From Hydrolagus colliei (taxonomy: Eukaryota), in the NCBI GenBank assembly GCA_035084275.1, contig CM068742.1, positions 154,504,001-154,568,000 of the forward strand: a DNA stretch of 64,000 nucleotides. Direction: 5' to 3'. The notes below the pieces were generated by a model. That model did not search any database. It was not told the DNA's origin and saw only the letters and a program-made list of their open reading frames with translations. Positions 61,953 to 64,000 of the stretch are shown here, piece by piece; within the stretch, counting starts at the first letter, position 1, and every line of letters begins with the position of its first letter. A program made the position numbers and the translations under genes.

Positions 61953-63868
61953 AGAAACCACATCTAATCTTATCCTTACTGAACCCCCCCAATCACCCCC
62001 TAATCCCTACCAACCCCTCGCCCCCCAATACATTGGTATCAAGCGGAGTCTAAAAGTCTGTAATTGCTCTGTCTGAAGTGAAATTGGATAGATACGTAAA
62101 AAGGAAACCGAAACATTTTCAGGGCTCTGGGGTAAGAGCGGGACAGTGCGACTAGTTGGTAGATCCTGTAGCTTGGAGCACTTGCCGTGCAAGCCAGAGG
62201 ACCTGTGAAGTGCTTTGAGCCGTTGAGAAGATGTGAAAACTTCTAAATTAAATGCAATTATTATTATCATTACTAGTGATGATAGAAGTAGCAGTAAATA
62301 CAAGGATGATTATATATTACAGCTCTTTCAAAGAACCGGTTACAGAGACGATGTTGCAAATGGCCTTCTTCCTGCTATAAGATTCTATGATATTAAAATG
62401 GAACCTGTAACCCCCTCACCCCCCACCCCCCTCTCACAACCCACTCATCACCCCCACCACCACCCTTCCTACAACCCCCTCCCAGGAATCTATTGGATAC
62501 TCACCTTAGACTATGTGATTCCAAATTCCACTGTGGAGTGTGAGGAGGAACCTCAGGAGGAAATGATTGTTAATCCATTGGCGCTTTGCATTTCTGGGTA
62601 ATAAGCTCTTAAAGAAAAAAGTTGGTCACTCAATCCATGATTGTTTATTGGACAACTGCGGTGCGCAATTGGCTGCCATACCAACAAAATATACAATCAC
62701 TATTTTCCGTGATGAGCTTTGAGATGCCTCACAAACATGATAAGGTACGATAGCAAATGCAAGGATTATTATAATTTGTGTATAAATTGGCAGCTAACAG
62801 GATGGTTGTATATGGAGCTCGGTCAGAAATATCAGAGAAAACAAAGACAGAGGGAGGGGAGAGAATTCCTATGAAAGTTGACAGAACTGAATCTGGGAAA
62901 TATCGCCCCATTAGCCTAATCTCAATAATTTTACTTCTTAATTTTTCTATCATTGGAAAGTCAGTGGCTGATAATCACTTCCTTTCTTTAGATATAATAA
63001 TAATATCATTGACAGCCAGCACAGGTTCAGAAAAGGTACATATTGTTTGACCAAACGCATATACTGTACTTTGTTTGAGGAGGTGACAGCTCAAATTAAT
63101 TTGGGGAAGCTATATGTTGTAGCACAGCTAGATCCAGAAGACTTTCAACAAAGTGCCACAAGAAACCCAGCTTCACAAACGGTATTCACTGGATAGCAAG
63201 AGAAAGACTAGGAACTGGATTCAGAATTGGCTGAAGGGAAGGAAGCAGAGGCCTTTGTTAGGGGAGCAATGTCGTAATATATACTGTATGCTGTTGTGCA
63301 GTGACCACTTGCCTCACAACAACTACAACAAAATGACATTTGTATACATGCCTTTCATGTCACAAGCAAGAGACCTGGGTTCAATTCCCAGCAGGGCGAA
63401 ATGTTGGACAAATTTTCTTACTCCACAAGCCTCTGTTTACCGAACAGTAAGGAGGAACCCAGTTGTTATTCAATTGGCGAATCACTTTTCTGGGGATGAT
63501 AAATTGTTAAAAAAACTGATAATTAATTGATCAATTCAATTGTTTGGGAGACACTGAATTGCTGAATTGTCTGCCATGATTGTCCCACAAAATACAATAG
63601 AGTCACTTTATAGTTTATTCTGTGAAGAATTTTGAGGCACCAAATGCAACGATTATTGGTGATGACCTGGAGTTGTAGACCCAGTGTAAAATAGTTAAGA
63701 GAATGGGACGGTGGAAGGGTTAGTGTTGGGAAGAACAGTACAGAGGCTCAGAACAAAGCAGGCGTGGGAGGTGGAGCTCAGACAGTGACCACAGAATGAG
63801 GGGAGGATGGAAATAGAAGGGTGAACAGTTGAGTTAGTGTAAGCAGGAAAGTGAGGGGAAGTGAAGAG

Positions 63869-63920
63869 ATGATGCTGGAAGCTGTGCTCTGTCCCTGGTA
63901 CCGTCATCCTCTGCGGGTTT
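63869..63920 (+). pseudogene. SIGLEC15-like unit C leader exon, frameshifted
   Basis: ATGATGCTGGAAGCTGTGCTCTGT-CCCTGG has a 1-nt deletion relative to the other leaders, and the GTACGT donor is lost. Upstream 63720-63868 is homologous to the unit A and B promoters. Confidence 0.75.
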
Positions 63921-64000
63921 TAGTGTGACCAAATAGAGAATAAGAATTGGGAAAATAGCAATAGATTATTTCTGCTAATCAGCCAGTTAGTTACAAGAGG

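Noticed and set aside
62990-63040. Possible TM or spacer exon for the Ig gene (DIIIISLTASTGSEK)
   Set aside because: Too short and polar for a TM helix, and it lies in a decayed CR1 remnant (GKYRPISLIS).

Overview
Repeat-dense vertebrate genomic DNA. The repeat landscape (tRNA/Deu-domain SINEs, young L2, CR1, Penelope-like fragments) suggests a cartilaginous fish, probably a chimaera; this is inference. Bases 257-42392 (+) hold a PSTPIP2 gene (F-BAR adaptor, no SH3). I located 13 of 14 expected coding exons with GT-AG ends and consistent phases; exon 5 is missing and probably lies in the N-gap at 29181-29380. Downstream, past a CTCF-motif cluster at about 43.5 kb, is a tandem array of three paralogous SIGLEC15-like immunoglobulin gene units on the + strand. 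Unit A (49.7-51.1 kb) has an intact leader but a frameshifted, truncated V exon. Unit B (55.6-62.0 kb) is intact, with a leader and two V-set exons, His in place of the sialic-acid-binding Arg in both domains, and no visible transmembrane exon. Unit C (63.9 kb) has a frameshifted leader. Four copies of a Penelope-derived ~140-bp repeat carry a minimal hammerhead-ribozyme core. Most long ORFs in the supplied track are LINE fragments, SINE read-throughs or low-complexity sequence. Comparisons to known proteins and repeat families were made from memory, not by database search.
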